Shown piece by piece: positions 12,170-25,243 of a stretch of 64,000 nucleotides of DNA. Below the pieces are notes generated by a model, which saw nothing but the letters and a program-made list of their open reading frames with translations, did no database searches and had not been told where the DNA came from. Each line of letters opens with the position of its first letter. Positions within the stretch are counted from its first letter, which is position 1. The stretch comes from Malacoraja senta (taxonomy: Eukaryota): assembly GCA_038087875.1 (NCBI GenBank), contig CM075989.1:11098001-11162000 (forward strand). Reading direction: 5' to 3'. Made by a program: the position numbers and the translations under genes.

Positions 12170-12580
12170 GGAAGCTCACAGTTCTCTCCTGTGGCTGACT
12201 ATGTAGCTCTCTCTGTGTTTGGTCAGGTGTTCAGTTCCAGCTACAGACTGATCCTGTTGGGAGTGCTATTGGAAGTGCTGACTTCTGGATGTTAAAACCA
12301 AGTCCCATCTGTTCCTACAGTTGGATGTAAAAGATTTCCTGGTTGGAATGTGAAATGGAAGGGAGGTTCCTGCTCAATATTCACACACATCAGTCTGCAT
12401 TACCAAAACAGATGATATGGACATTTTTACATGGCTCTTTGTGTGAGCTGGCAGTGCCAATTTGACTGCAGCAATCCCTAAAGTGATTACACTTCAGAAG
12501 AATTCATTTGGCAGCAAAGTGCCATGGAATGCCTCGAGTTTGTAAACTGCACTCAGCAAACACACAAACGTTCTATTTCT
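12170..12580 (+). mobile_element. Ancient DeuSINE (SacSINE1/AmnSINE1-related) remnant
   Basis: ggatgtaaaagatttcc...caaaacagat...gtgattacacttcagaag resembles the recalled Deu domain and tail. Other remnants at ~27110-27390 (+), 18330-18700 (-), 36760-37180 (-). Confidence 0.6.
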
Positions 12581-13823
12581 ATTTTCCATCCCATTAAGAT
12601 TTACTGACAAACAAAGCAAAAATACCCATGTTAGTTTATTCATGCTCCTTAAAAGAATGTCATCGAAAACTTATTCCAGTTTAGTTTTTTAGGTCAAACA
12701 TTCCCTCCACGCAACACACTTGATCTGGTGGAAAGATCTTCTCCCAATCTCCCATATCAAATCCATTAATCATCTCAAGAGCAGGTCAAACGAACTGCAG
12801 CAGTTCAAGAACAGCATCTTCTCCAACCAAACAATTTTAATACCTTTGTAAAGCACTTAGCCCATGATTGTGGATGGTTTTGCCCCAGTCGTGATTGTTT
12901 TCTCAACACACACACACCCTGCCGCACTATGGCTCAAGGCTCCAATCCAGTGATGTGTTTGTTGTAGTTTTGTGGCTGTAGAGATAAGCAAGTCTGGAGT
13001 CTGACACTGGAGGGGCAGGCAGCAAGTCCCGGAGAGTGGCTGGTAGGAGACCAGGAGCCAAGCAGCCAAGTGGGAGGCCAGCAACCCGAAGAATGGCCGA
13101 GGAGAAATTCAAGTCAAGGAGCATTTCAGATACCTTCCAAGCTAGCTTCCTATCTGGATCATGTTCAAACGTTTGTAAGTCATAGGAGCAGAATTAGGCC
13201 ATTCGGCTCATCAAGACTACTCCACCATTCCATCATGGCTGATCTGTCTTTCCCTCTCAACACCTTTCTCCTGCCTTCTCCCCATAACCCTTGAGACCCT
13301 TACTAAACCTGAATCTGTCAATCTCCGCCTTAAAAATAACCCAACGACTTGGCCTCCACAGCCAATAAATTCCACTAATTCACCATCCTCTAACTCAAGA
13401 AATTCCTCCTCATCTCCTTTCTAAAGTTACCTCCTTTTATTCTGAGGCTGTGTTTTCTGTTCCTGGACTCTCCCTCTGGTGGAAACATCCTCGCCACATC
13501 CACTCTATCCAGGCCTTTCACTATTCAATAAGCTTCAAGAGGTCCTCCCCTGACCTCCAGTGAGTACAGGCCTAATGCTGTTAAATGCTCATCATACATT
13601 AACCCAAACATCCCTGGGTTCTTTCTCATGATCCCTAGGTTCATTCTCAGGGTCCTGGCCGCATTAAACATGGTCTCAGGCTGTTGCTGATGGCAAGAAG
13701 AGTGGTCCTTCCAACTTTCGCTGCCAATTCCTGTAACATTGAGGAGCATCAACATCTCACAAAAACATAAGTATTTGAAATGTTCCCCTAAAACGGAAGA
13801 AGAAATAAATGACAGTCACTCAC

Positions 13824-14020
13824 CATGTTCATAACAGTGAGGACGTAGGCCTCAATGTTTTCACTTCCGTGATGCTCCACCATTTTAGTGTCAGCCACAA
13901 CCAGAGTCTCCACCCACTTCTCCTTGCTAATTGACCGTTGCTTAATCCGCCTCTTGCGCTGTTGCTTCTTTTCCCACTTTTCCCGCTTTGTTTCCAGATG
14001 CTTCAGGTTCTTCAGGGAAT
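13824..14020 (-). CDS. ADAMTS7: ADAMTS7 exon 4 (furin site and start of catalytic domain): [29 protein letters not shown]|[37 protein letters not shown]
   Basis: Acceptor ggtttag|AT, donor ATG|GTGAGT, 197 nt (phase 1 to 0). Polybasic convertase site followed by VETLVVAD. Confidence 0.96.
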
Positions 14021-14409
14021 CTAAACCATTTCCAGGAAGGAACAAGCAGAGGGATTTGACTTTGGCACCAGACAACATCATCGGGATTCATTCAAGAACA
14101 CAAGAGTAGAACAATCCCTCCCAATGCCTACTCCCCCAACTCAATGCCATAACCCAGCAGTTTCTTGGCCCCATTGCTCACCTCAGCACCATTTCCCTTA
14201 AAACCCCAACCAAAACCCATCAGATATAAGAAGATGATTGAGCTTACATCATCTGCTATTTATGGGAGGCAGTTCCACTTTAGTACCACACGTCCCTGAC
14301 TTGTGGTAGTAAAGACGTTTTAATTTGATCGAATGATGCGAATATCACTGGCTTGGCCAAACTAATTATCTTGCTGCGTTATTTCAGAAGGCAATTAAGA
14401 ATCAATTAT

Positions 14410-15005
14410 GGAGACACAAGGTGCTAGAATCTTGAATAAACAACAAACTGCTGGAGAAACTCAACAGATCAGGTGCATCTGTGGAGGGAAATGGACAGAT
14501 AACATTTTGGGTCATCCCCCACCCCTCCCTCTTCGAGACCCATATTTACCTTGACCATCCTGTTCCCTCAACCCAACATCCATCACTCCAGTTCTACATT
14601 TCACTCCCCTTCTTCCTTCTTTAACAGATTCCACCATCTGCACCCTTTTGCCTTTTCCACATCACCTCCATCCTTTGTTGCCTAACTCCACCTTCTCTCC
14701 TCCCAACCCGACTCATCTGCTCATCAACTCCTCACCTGAATCCACCTATCACTTCCTAGAATAGACACAAAATGCTGGAGTAACTCTGCGGGACAGACAG
14801 GATCTCTGGAGAGAAGGATTGAGTGACGTTTTCGGCCAGACTTATCACGTACTAGCTCCTTCCCCACCCCTTTCTTTCACCTCTATCTACCAGCTATGTC
14901 CCTTCTACAGCAACAGTCTGAAGAAAGGTCTCGACCGAAATATTGTCGGTCCATTTCCCTCCTCAGATGCTGTCTGACCCACTGAGTTCCTCCAGCAGTT
15001 TGCAA
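14410..15005. mobile_element. Penelope 3' UTR remnant with inverted terminal copy and a nested short inverted insertion
   Basis: Terminal-repeat sequence in opposite orientations at 14410-14515 and 14915-15003. Nested piece 14760-14842 is flanked by tatcacttcctag / tatcacgtactag. Confidence 0.6.
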
Positions 15006-15894
15006 AAAATACCACCATGCTAGTTGTTGATTTGGATTCAGACCAGGGAGGGAAGGCAGATTTATTTACAACAATCCAGTCATTTCATAATCGCCATTAT
15101 TGATACCAGCTCAGCATTCCAAATGTATCCACTCTTTAATTTAAATTTCTGAACTGCTATGAAAGGATTCAAACTAATTTTGCTGGATTGATAGTCATGT
15201 CTCCAAATACAAGCTCTGTGGTTTGGCCATTGTGCTACTTCTAAAGGGCATGGCTGGTTTTAATGCCATTCCCCAAATTGGATCTACCTCAGTTGCTTCG
15301 TTACTAATTCCCAAACAGCCTTAGTGAAATCACCCTTTAACTTCCTGCATTCTGGGAATTACAGTTTACGTAATCAGACTGAAGAAAGGAAGCCGGGATT
15401 CTGGAAATCTTCATCAAAATATTTAAAGTAACATCTTAAACCAGTACCCATTTCCCAAATGTAAACATGTTACTCTACAATTAACTCAGAGCCACGTCTT
15501 CAACACCACTGGCAGAAGGGTTTAATTACAATGTGACAAATAACATGCACATATAATTCCCTTTCTAAATGTGAACCATGGGTGTTAATGTTGAGTAAAA
15601 TAAAGGTTTCCCTTCTAGGGAGAGAGAACGGATCTGGTAGCCAAAAATGGGAAGATCCTGTTTGGAAGATGCTTAATGCTATCTCAGTTGGGTTCATGGA
15701 TCACATATTTACTAACTTCAAGTTCTCAAACATTTTCTTCAAAAACATTTTCACAGCTGAATTTTCATTAGTCTAGTTCATTTAATATACAGAAAGTTAG
15801 ATTAACAAAAAAACTAGAAATTAAACAATTGTGGAATTTTTATCATCGTGAACACAATACAGGAATGAAATGGACGAGATTATTCTACTGGGAG

Positions 15895-16040
15895 CAAGGA
15901 GACAGAGAGAGAGAGAGAGGCAGAGGGAGAAAGAGGAGAGAAAAAAGGCGAGAGGGAGAAGAGAGAATGAAAGGAAAGAAGGGGAGGAGAAAAGAGAGGA
16001 GAGAGAAGGAGATGGAAAAGAAGGGTACTAAGAGAGAGGG
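15895..16040. repeat. Polypurine (GA-rich) tract; similar tracts at 17320-17445 and 47365-47488 (CT)
   Basis: Direct composition. Confidence 0.85.
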
Positions 16041-16742
16041 ATAAATAAACACAAAAGACAAGTAAGAACAATGAACTGTTCTGAAGTCAATCAAATATTT
16101 CAATTTCTAAACAGACAAAAGTAATTCTGTTCAGTCCAAGGCTCTGAACCTATTTCATCCTGTGGAGAATTGTAACAGTCTGGTACATTTCCACCTGTGG
16201 ATCATTGTGTCCTGTCACAGGCTCAGAATAAGGAATCAGTACTGAGGTGAGGAGAGGTTTCTTTAAGCAGGGTGTGTGAATCTTTAGATGCTGAGCTGTG
16301 GATTTACAATCACGGGGTATTTCCAGGGCTAAGATCACTATATTCTGGGCCATTAAGGGGACCAGGCAGGAAACTGGACACAAACACTGGATCAGCCACG
16401 ATCTTACCCAATGGTTGGCCAGGAGTGAGCAGCTTAAAGGCCTACTCCTGTCTCAGGTTATAGTCAGAGAGTCATACAGCACGGAAACCGGCCCTTCGGC
16501 CCAACCTGCCCATGCTGCCACATCTACACTAGCCTGTGTTTGGCTCATACCACTCTAAACCTTTCCTGTCCACATACCTGTGTCAAGGTTCTTGTGACAG
16601 AGACTCAAATGGGGCCATTTTAACAGATTGCCTGTAGTGATGGAGGGCCTGATGGCCTCATCTCTGACTGCTGTAAAACTGGGGTGCAATCAGATCTGCT
16701 GCTTTCTTTACCTGGTTAAAGTGACCCCCCCTAATGGTGACG

Positions 16743-16774
16743 TTGCCACCTAGTGACGGTCACCATTACTGCAG
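16743..16774 (-). promoter_or_regulatory. Candidate CTCF site with upstream (ZF9-11) motif
   Basis: Minus strand CTGCAGTAATGGTGACCGTCACTAGGTGGCAA. Core TCACTAGGTGGCAA matches CCASYAGRKGGCRS at 12/14, with TGCAG starting 17 nt before the core. Confidence 0.5.
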
Positions 16775-18719
16775 TGATCAACACTCCGCTGCAGTGAGAG
16801 ACTGAAACAAATCCAGAAAATGTTGGCACAACCCCAGCGGGTCAGGCAGTCTCACCCGCAGTTTCCAGTTTTGTTTCAGATTTTCAGCATCTGCAGCTTT
16901 TTAATTCTGATTTCTCACAGATAGTTCAGATCTAACACAGTGGGCTCTTTCTATGCCACTCACTAGACGCTGATGGTGGGAATGGCGGAGTTGTGGAGTT
17001 GGATAGATTACAGAAGATAGGCACACATGCATTTGCCTCTGTAAAACAGCACATACAATATATGTCTCCTTGAAGGAAAACATTACTGTTGGGAGAATAT
17101 TGTACATGCTCTGTTACAGTCCAATTCACTGCTAATTCCACCCACTGTGCTCCATCTGTGTTGTTCCAGAGAATCTCTGCTGCCCAAGGTTGCTCCCTCT
17201 TCCTTGGGCTTTGTGTGCAGTTTATCACAGCACTTATGTGTCTAAGCACAACTGAGAAACAGACCAGCAGACTTCACTGTGCCTGTGAGAGAGAGACAAA
17301 ATGGGGGAGGGACACTGATTGACGGGGGGAAGGGGAGAGAGAGAGAGAGAGGAGGGGAGAGAGAAGGGGGGGGGCGTGGAGAGAGAAGGAGGAGAGGGAG
17401 AAACAGAGGGATAGAGAGTGTGTGTGTGTGAGTGAGAGAGAGAGAAATGCAGAATAATTGGCAGATTGTGGCCTCAGTGGGAGAGCATTGGAAAATTGAA
17501 GATAAGAGTTAAACAAGGGCCCCAGAGGTGCAGACTTGCGTCTTGGAAATCACCCAGATTAGGTCCCAGGCAAAACTGTGGCAATGATGAATTAACGTGG
17601 ATGTTATCTGATGTGGTGTCTGCCCATATCAGGTTGTGTTGCGAGTCTCTGTGCTTACAGCAGCTCGTGGCTTCCCCCTCTCCACCGCCCCCCCCACCCT
17701 CCCTTCAATCGAGACCGTACCATCTGTAGCACAGGCACAATGAATAAATGCAGCACAAGCTTCAGCAACTCAGCCAACGACTGTTCCTTAACCCCTTCTG
17801 TATTCAGTTCCACATTCTGCGGGCTCAGCATTAGCATCAATAACTGCAGTTGAGTTATTGATGCCAATGCTGTTAAATTAGGGAGGAGTAGATGAGGGGC
17901 TAGGTGAAGGTGGGGAGTTCACAATCAGCTGGAGGTCATTGGACTGTGATTCCACATCCCTCCTCTCTCCCCCTCCCCCCCCCCTCCCCCACTCATAACA
18001 GCAAGTCTCCAATACCAAGCAAAGGGCAACTTGAAGCACGATAGTGATGTTAAATAGCCAAGCATAAATAGCCAAGCATAAACGCCAGCTAGATTCACAC
18101 GTTGCATACACAAGATCTGTGGCCTGCTGGATGGTGGGGTGAGATGGGGCATTGTTTTACAACCAGCACAGGTTCGATGGGCAGAGTGGTCTCCTTCTCA
18201 GATGAAAATATTCCATGAATCCACTGGAACTGGTGACTGGAACAGAAGGCACCAATGATGCACACAAACGCACCCTTGCAATTACCAGCTCCCTCACAGA
18301 CAGTGAACAAATCTGGAAACAAAGATTGATTTGTTTTTCTATTTTGCCTGTGGCCACAGAATACCCCAAAGAGCAGTCACTGCCACAAAGTCGGGAACAC
18401 AACAGGAAATTTATGCACAGCAAGCTCTCATGCTCAATGTAACAATGACCAGGTCAATCCGTTTGGTGGTGTTAATTAAAGGATTAATAGTCACCACTAT
18501 ACCAGGAATACCTTGGGAAAAGTACCATGGGATGTCGTACATCCCTCTGAAAGGACAGAAATGGTCACTGTTTATATTCTATTGTTTTATATCAAAAGAC
18601 AACGTCTCTAACAACATTGCATTCCCTCCAGACTGGCCTGGGTTTTCAGAGAGTGAGATTTGAAACAACAAACAGCTGCTCCAGATGGTAATGAGGAAGG
18701 CATACAGCATGAGGAGTTG

Positions 18720-19029
18720 AGTATAAGGGTTGGGATGTCATGGTTAGGCCTCATTTAGAGCATTGTCTGGTCACCACACTGTAGGAAGGATGATGAAACT
18801 GGAGGGGGTGAAGGAAAGATTCACAAAGATGCTGCCTAGACTGGAGGGGTTGAGTTGTCAGGAGAGATTGGTCTATTTTCCCTCGAGCAAAAGAGGCTGA
18901 AGGATGACATGTGAGAGGTATATAAAATTATGAGAGGTATATATAAAATAGTGAGAGGCATAGAAAGGGTAGGCAGCCACAGGGTTTCCCCATGGTAGGA
19001 ACATCTAAAACTAGAGGACAGAGGTTTAA

Positions 19030-19084
<55 letters not shown>

Positions 19085-19345
19085 TTTTAAAAAGGATCTG
19101 GAAACAAAGATTGATTGTATTCTATTTCTGAGGGACACATTTTTTGCAAAAATGGTAGTTGGTATCAGGAATGAGCTGCCAGAAGAGGTGGAGCCAAGAA
19201 CAATAACAAGATTTTCGAGCATCTGGACAGGGACTTGAATGAACAAGGCATGAAGGGATATGAAATTAATGCAAGCAAATGGGATCAGTATAGATAGGCA
19301 TGATGGTTGGTATGGGTGCATTGGGCCAAAGGGCCTGTTTCTATG
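18720..19345 (+). mobile_element. Degraded CR1 3' fragment containing a (GA)n microsatellite at ~19034-19080
   Basis: gaggctgaaggatgac...aaaactagaggacagaggtttaaggtg; tail ttgggccaaagggcctgtttc. Confidence 0.7.
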
Positions 19346-19570
19346 GTGTACGCCTATATGAATGTATTACCCACTGATACAGACTGATGGCTGCAAGGCA
19401 AAGGAGCAGCACTACAGTGAAACATGAGCTGTCCCAGGTCACAGTACGGCAGCTGTGTGTCTCCACACTCCTGCTACCTTTCAACACAAATTGACTTTCA
19501 TGACCAGAAGCAACTTTACTAATGAGCCTGGAAGAATGGGTTGAGCTAACCCAGATTAGGATGTCACAAT

Positions 19571-19798
19571 GTGTAGGAAGGAACTGCAGATGCTGGTGTA
19601 AACCGAAGATAGACACAAAATGCTGGAGTAACTCAGCGGGACAGGCAGCATCTCTGGAGAGAAGGAATGGGTGATGTTTCGGGTTGAGACCCTTCTTCAA
19701 ACTGAGAGCAGGACTCTGGGCTGAAGAAGGGTCTTGACCTGAAACGCCATCCAGATGCTGCCTGTCCCACTGAGTTACTCCAGCAGTTTGTGTCTATT
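19571..19798. mobile_element. Penelope-derived fold-back insertion with two degenerate hammerhead motifs
   Basis: Inverted arms; CTGAAGA...GAAAC at 19721-19745 (+) and 19671-19703 (-). Flanks ttaggatgtcacaat (19556-19570) and ttaggatgtcagaat (19799-19813). Confidence 0.8.
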
Positions 19799-21439
19799 TT
19801 AGGATGTCAGAATCCATGCCAAGCATTTATTAAAACCATGCATTGTGAAATGTTGAGTAAAGATTGATGGGAGGCAGAATCTGTGGGGTATCCTCACCGA
19901 GCTAGTTGTCCAGGAGACCTGTTATGGTTTATTAGGAACGGCAAAAGGCCATTCAGCCCCTCAGCCTGTTCCCACCTTCAATTAGTCAATGGTTGGCCCC
20001 TATTTACATCAGGGATTAGACTGCATTGTTTTGTGAAGGGTTATAAATTGAACGCTGTTACAACAGGCAGTTTAATGCTTCAGTCTAAGAGCTGGTTGGG
20101 TATCCGGTTTCCAGTATTTCCAGCTAAGGCAGAACATGCTGTAAATATTAAATACTAGGAATAAAATATTTCATGAGGATATGGCATAGTGTATTTTAAG
20201 ATGAAAGTCACAGACGTCTGGGGAGAAGGCAGGGTTTTTTAGATTTCTGTGTATGGATCCCACTTCTTAGCCTAAGATTATATGGAGCAGAATGAGCATC
20301 ACAGAAGCAACTTCTTGATGAAAGCAGTTCTGAGGAAGAAGCTGGCAGGCACTCTGCCCGAATGTCAAGAAATAACAGTTGGCCGACCTTGCAGGGGGCC
20401 CAATTAGTGAAGGATATCATCGCCATTGCTAACTCTGTGGGCTCACACATGAGAAGTGTGAGTGAGTACTGTGAAGAGAGGACAGGCCCAGAGTATTACT
20501 GAAGACATTTGTAATGGAGGAGTGGGGCAGAAGCTCATCACTCTTTGGTTGGTGGCCAATGAAGGTTACACCGATTACTCTCCAGTGCAGAAAGGTTTAA
20601 AGGTTAATGGGCTTCTGTAAATTATAAATTGTCCCTACTGTGTGTAGGATAGTGCTAGTGTATGGGGTGTTCGCTGGTTGGCGTGGACTTGGTGGGCCAA
20701 GGGGCCTGTTTCTACATAATATCTCTAAAGTCTAAAGAATGAGAAGGCCTCTGCTCACAACCAGTGTAACCCTGTTGTTATAGCTCACTGGGTAACCCTC
20801 TCTTCTCTAACTCGGAAGATTATGGGTTCGAATCTCCATTCATTTCCAGTTTATGTGGCTGTCTAACGACCTCTTAAATACTGGAGATAGACACAAAATG
20901 CTGCAGTAACTAGGAACAGGCAGCATCTCTGGAGAGAAGGAATGGGTGACTTTTGGGGTCGAGACCCTTCTTCTTAAATATCAGTATTGTATCTGCTTCC
21001 ACCCCTTCCCCCAGCAGCATGTTCCGACACCGACCACTTGGAAAATAAAATATAGACAAAAGAACTTGGGAGTTGCTAAACGTAGAACAGGGGGATATGT
21101 ACAGTAGGTCAGGCTGGGCATCTTCTTCATTCCAATAGACAAAAAATAAAAATAACGAAACAAACAAGTTGACTCAATATCACAAGTGTGGAGGTAAAAG
21201 GAAACTGCAGGTGCTGGAATCCTAAGCAAAAAAAAAGTGCTGGAGGATGCTTCAGACTGAAGAAGGGTCCTCAGCCAAAACATCATCTGTCCATTCCCTC
21301 CACAGATGCAGCCTGAGTTCCTCCGCACTTTGTTTTTTAATATCACAGGTGCAGAGAAATCATGTCACTTGAAGCTGTAGAATTTTGCAACTCCTCACTC
21401 TCTAAATGCTCCCATTCACTCATTGACTAGACAACCAGG

Positions 21440-21760
21440 CCGGCAGGGTGACGCAGCGGTAGAGTTGCTGCCTTCCAGCGCTCGCAGCACCAGAGACACA
21501 GATTCGATCCCAACTACGGGTGCTGTCTGTATGGAGTTTGTACGTTCTCCTCGTGACCTGCGTGGGTTTTCTCTGAGATGTTCGGTTTCCTCCCACATTC
21601 CAAAGACGTGTAGGTTTATAAGTTAATTGGCTTGGTATAAGTGTAAAATTGACCTTTGTGTAGGATAGTGTTGAAGTGCGGGGATCACTGGTCGGTGCGG
21701 ACCCGGTGGACCGAAGGGCCTGCTTACATGCTGTATCTCTAAACTAAAACTAAACTAAAC
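21440..21760 (+). mobile_element. Full-length tRNA-derived V-SINE (HE1-like)
   Basis: Pol III A/B-box-like head (gcagcggtagagttgctg...gattcgatcc), V domain ggtttcctcccacattccaaagacgtg, CR1-derived tail gaagggcc...tctctaaactaaa. Confidence 0.85.
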
Positions 21761-22311
21761 CTGGTTTACAGTTTGACCCTGTCAAAAACATCCCCTCTCT
21801 AACCTCCCACCTCCTTGCAGTTTAATCAGCTTGTTTCATTTCCTTCCCAGTTCTGACGACCTGAAATATGAGCTCTGTTTCTCTTCCCACAGGTGCTGTT
21901 TGACCTGCTGATTATTTCCAGCATTTTCTGTTTTTACTTTCGATTTCAACCGAGGCACAGATCGGGTAGACCAGGAATTACAGATGCTTGAATCTTGAGA
22001 AAAACACAAGGTGCTGAAGGAACTCAGTGGGTCCGGCAGCATCGGTGGAGGGAATGCACAGGCAACGTCTCGGGTCAGGGCCCTTCTTCAGAATGACATG
22101 GGAAGACAGGAACATAAGGTGAGTAGATAGTCTTTTTACGAAGGTGAAACTGCCAAATACTACAGTGCATTGGTTTAAGGTGATTGAAAGAAAGTTTAAA
22201 GGAGATTTGCGTGGCCTGACCTGCTGAGTATTTACAGCCTTTTCTGTTTTTATATTAGATTTTCAGCATTTGCAGATTTTAAGATTTTCGGAGAACAGAG
22301 TTAATACTTCA

Positions 22312-22691
22312 GATAGATACATAGATACATAGAAAATAGGTGCAGGAGTAGGCCATTCGGCCCTTCGAGCCTGCACCGCCATTCAATATGATCATGGCTG
22401 ATCATCCAACTCAGTATCCCATACCTGCCTTCTCTCCATACCCCCTGATCCCTTTAGCCACAAGGGCCACATCTAACTCCCTCTTAAATATAGCCAATGA
22501 ACTGGCATCAACTACCCTCTGTGGCAGAGAGTTCCAGAGATTCACCACTCTCTGTGTGAAAAAGTTTTTCCTCATCTCGGTCTTAAAGGATTTCCCCCTT
22601 ATCCTTAAGCTGTGACCCCTTGTCCTGGACTTCCCCAACATCGGGAACAATCTTCCTGCATCTAGCCTGTCCAACCCCATAAGAATTTTGT
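22312..22691 (-). mobile_element. Young CR1-clade LINE 3' fragment, near-identical to 10423-10795
   Basis: ORF 22411-22704 reads KILMGLDRLDAGRLFPMLGKSRTRGHSLRIRG...FFTQRVVNLWNSLP; same tail. Confidence 0.9.
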
Positions 22692-25243
22692 CATCCACGG
22701 CCATATAATACAGTCCATATAGTACAGTGGCAACAAGTCAGAAGAAGCATTTAGTTATGTTCTAAACTTGTGAAGGATGTTGTATAAATAAAGTCTTTCC
22801 ATTTTTTGATGTCATGTGACCAACTAGCATTGGATGAGACTCTGGCATCACTTATTATTACAAGCAAGGCATGTTACTGACATAATTCCCCAAATATGCC
22901 GCAATGGCAGAATGTTTTGGCATGGTTGCAATGGCTTTTGTGCTCAAATGTTCCACACATGTGGACATGATGATAATCATTGCAAGAGCATTTATTTTGT
23001 AACATGATCGAGGGAACTGCCCAGAGGAAAGCCAAAAGAACGTTACTGCTGGCATAGCTGCTGAATTCTCTCAAGGACATCACAGTCTTTGGAGCCTCTC
23101 TCCACGGCTCTTGGGAATGCAGGGTCATTCCGCCCCTCTAATCCATTCTACTGAAATGATGGCTGGTCTACGTTCATTTCATTGACCTGGTTCATTCCTG
23201 TAACACTTGTTTCCCTCGTCTAACAAATATCAATTTCAGTTTTAATATTTACAATTGACCTCGGAAAATCAATGCATTTGGGAGAGGGAGTTCCAGATTT
23301 CATCCTCCCACAATATGAGGAAGTAACACAGATGGAACATTTTTATTATAGATGGTCATTGTTGTCTCTCTCAACCCCACCCAGGGACTGCAAGATCTAC
23401 CCTCGTAGGAAGTGACTCCATTTTCCAGAGCTTCCTGTCACATGAACTGCAGGAGGCCACTCTGTGCTTCAAACCTTTTATTGGTGCGGGTACCTACCCC
23501 TCGATATACTCGCCCATCCTTTACATTGATCTCAACCCTGCGGTCAGGGTGGTGAAGGCATTGAGGAGGGAGCACCAGGAAATATACCCAGAGATGGCCA
23601 ATTGAGCAACAGGGCACGAATGAGGATACTGCTACATGCCTCTGCCCTGTCTGTAGGTTAACCCCGAGCTTCCGGTCTCCTCTCACTTAAATTCTCCATC
23701 CCAGTCCCACTCTGACTAGCCTCAGTAATCAACGAAAAATGCAACAGTTACAGATAACCACCCTTTCCATTTACAAAGAACTGGCTAGTTTTGAAAAAGG
23801 TCAGCTTATAATATTAACTTTTTTTTTCTCCATCCGCGTGTATGGAGTTCAGAATTCTCCTTTATTTCATGTTTACAGCAAAGTCTGTGCACCTCTCAGT
23901 TCCAACAGATTTCCTCTCTCTTCTGTCCTTCTATTTGGATCTCCTCAGTGTGGATTAGTTGCAGATAAGGAGTCTTCACTGCCCTCTTATCACAGGCATC
24001 CCCTTGCTTCTCCCTAACTCTCAGGCAACTAAAACATGTTCCTTGTCTAACATTCTCCTGACCTGATGAAAGGTAGGTCAACGTATCACGTTGACTCTGC
24101 TGCTCTCTCCACAGGTTTCACCTGATAGGATAGAGTTGGGTGGAGATAATATCAAACTCTGAATAGTAGGGCAGGCTCAAGTGGCTGAATAATCTCAGAT
24201 CCTCAGTAGCAACGGGAGACCTTCAAAAGGATTCCAGGGAATAAGGAGGCAACTTGGCTGAAGAAACTAAGTTGTTCTCTTTGGAACAGAGCAGTTTATG
24301 AGATCTGATAGATGGATTTAAAATCATGATGGGTATAGACAGAGCAGAGAGAAACTGCTCTCAATGGTAGAGGGGCAAGAACAGGAGATCATAGAATGAA
24401 CGTGATTGGCAAAAAGAATCACGAGTAACATAGAGAAATTTCACACCAAGTGGTTGGAATCTGGTCGGCGGAAGAAGATGCAATCGACATGTTCAAAAGG
24501 AAGCTGAATAGGTTCCTGAATGTAAAGAGTTTTCAAGACAGCAGAGAGAGGGTGGGACTGTGGTATGTGGTGGTTTGCTCTTGCACAGAGCCAGTAAAGA
24601 CACAAAGGGCCAAATGTCCTCCTTCCATGCTGTGACCATTCTGTGATTCCTTTTTGCAAATGCCATATTTTTGGTGAGACCCCCATCTGCTTTCACAAGT
24701 GGACATTTAAGATCCCACTACTTCATGAGCCCGCCCCGGTGTCCTGGCCAGTCAACATCACAGTTTGCCCAGGTCTAAATGATGGTTGCCGAGACATGTG
24801 CGTTCAGCCAACATCGATTCCACGGTTAAGAAGCTCAGTGAGGCAGGAAACACAAGACACCTGGCAGTTTTGAACAACTTTACAGGAGCAAAGCCTCTCC
24901 TTTCCTATGCAGCACACAAACAGAATAAGCTTATGAATGGGCATGAATGTCATAGGAAAACAGAAGCATAGGTTTAGACTGGATGGTTGGAAGAAGGATG
25001 TGGGCAAGGGTGATGGACAGATGAGCAAGATCGTTAATTGAAGAGCAACAGCACAAGGTATTGTGAAGCACGTGTGGCCGAGTGTGAATTAACAATCTGG
25101 ACGTTGTCCAGTCAAACATTGTCTACTGGACGTATCTACACAACACGTCCAGGCTTCTTTGTCTATTGCAGATCACACTCACTTTGTTGCTTATGGGATT
25201 GTTTCCTATATGAAGTGAATATGTTTCATTGATCCTTGCTTCC

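Noticed and set aside
18050-18090. Short direct repeats (taaatagccaagca x2-3) as a CRISPR-like or functional array
   Set aside because: Simple slippage duplication in eukaryotic DNA with no spacers.
21440-21520. tRNA gene
   Set aside because: The A/B-box-like head belongs to a V-SINE; no complete cloverleaf.
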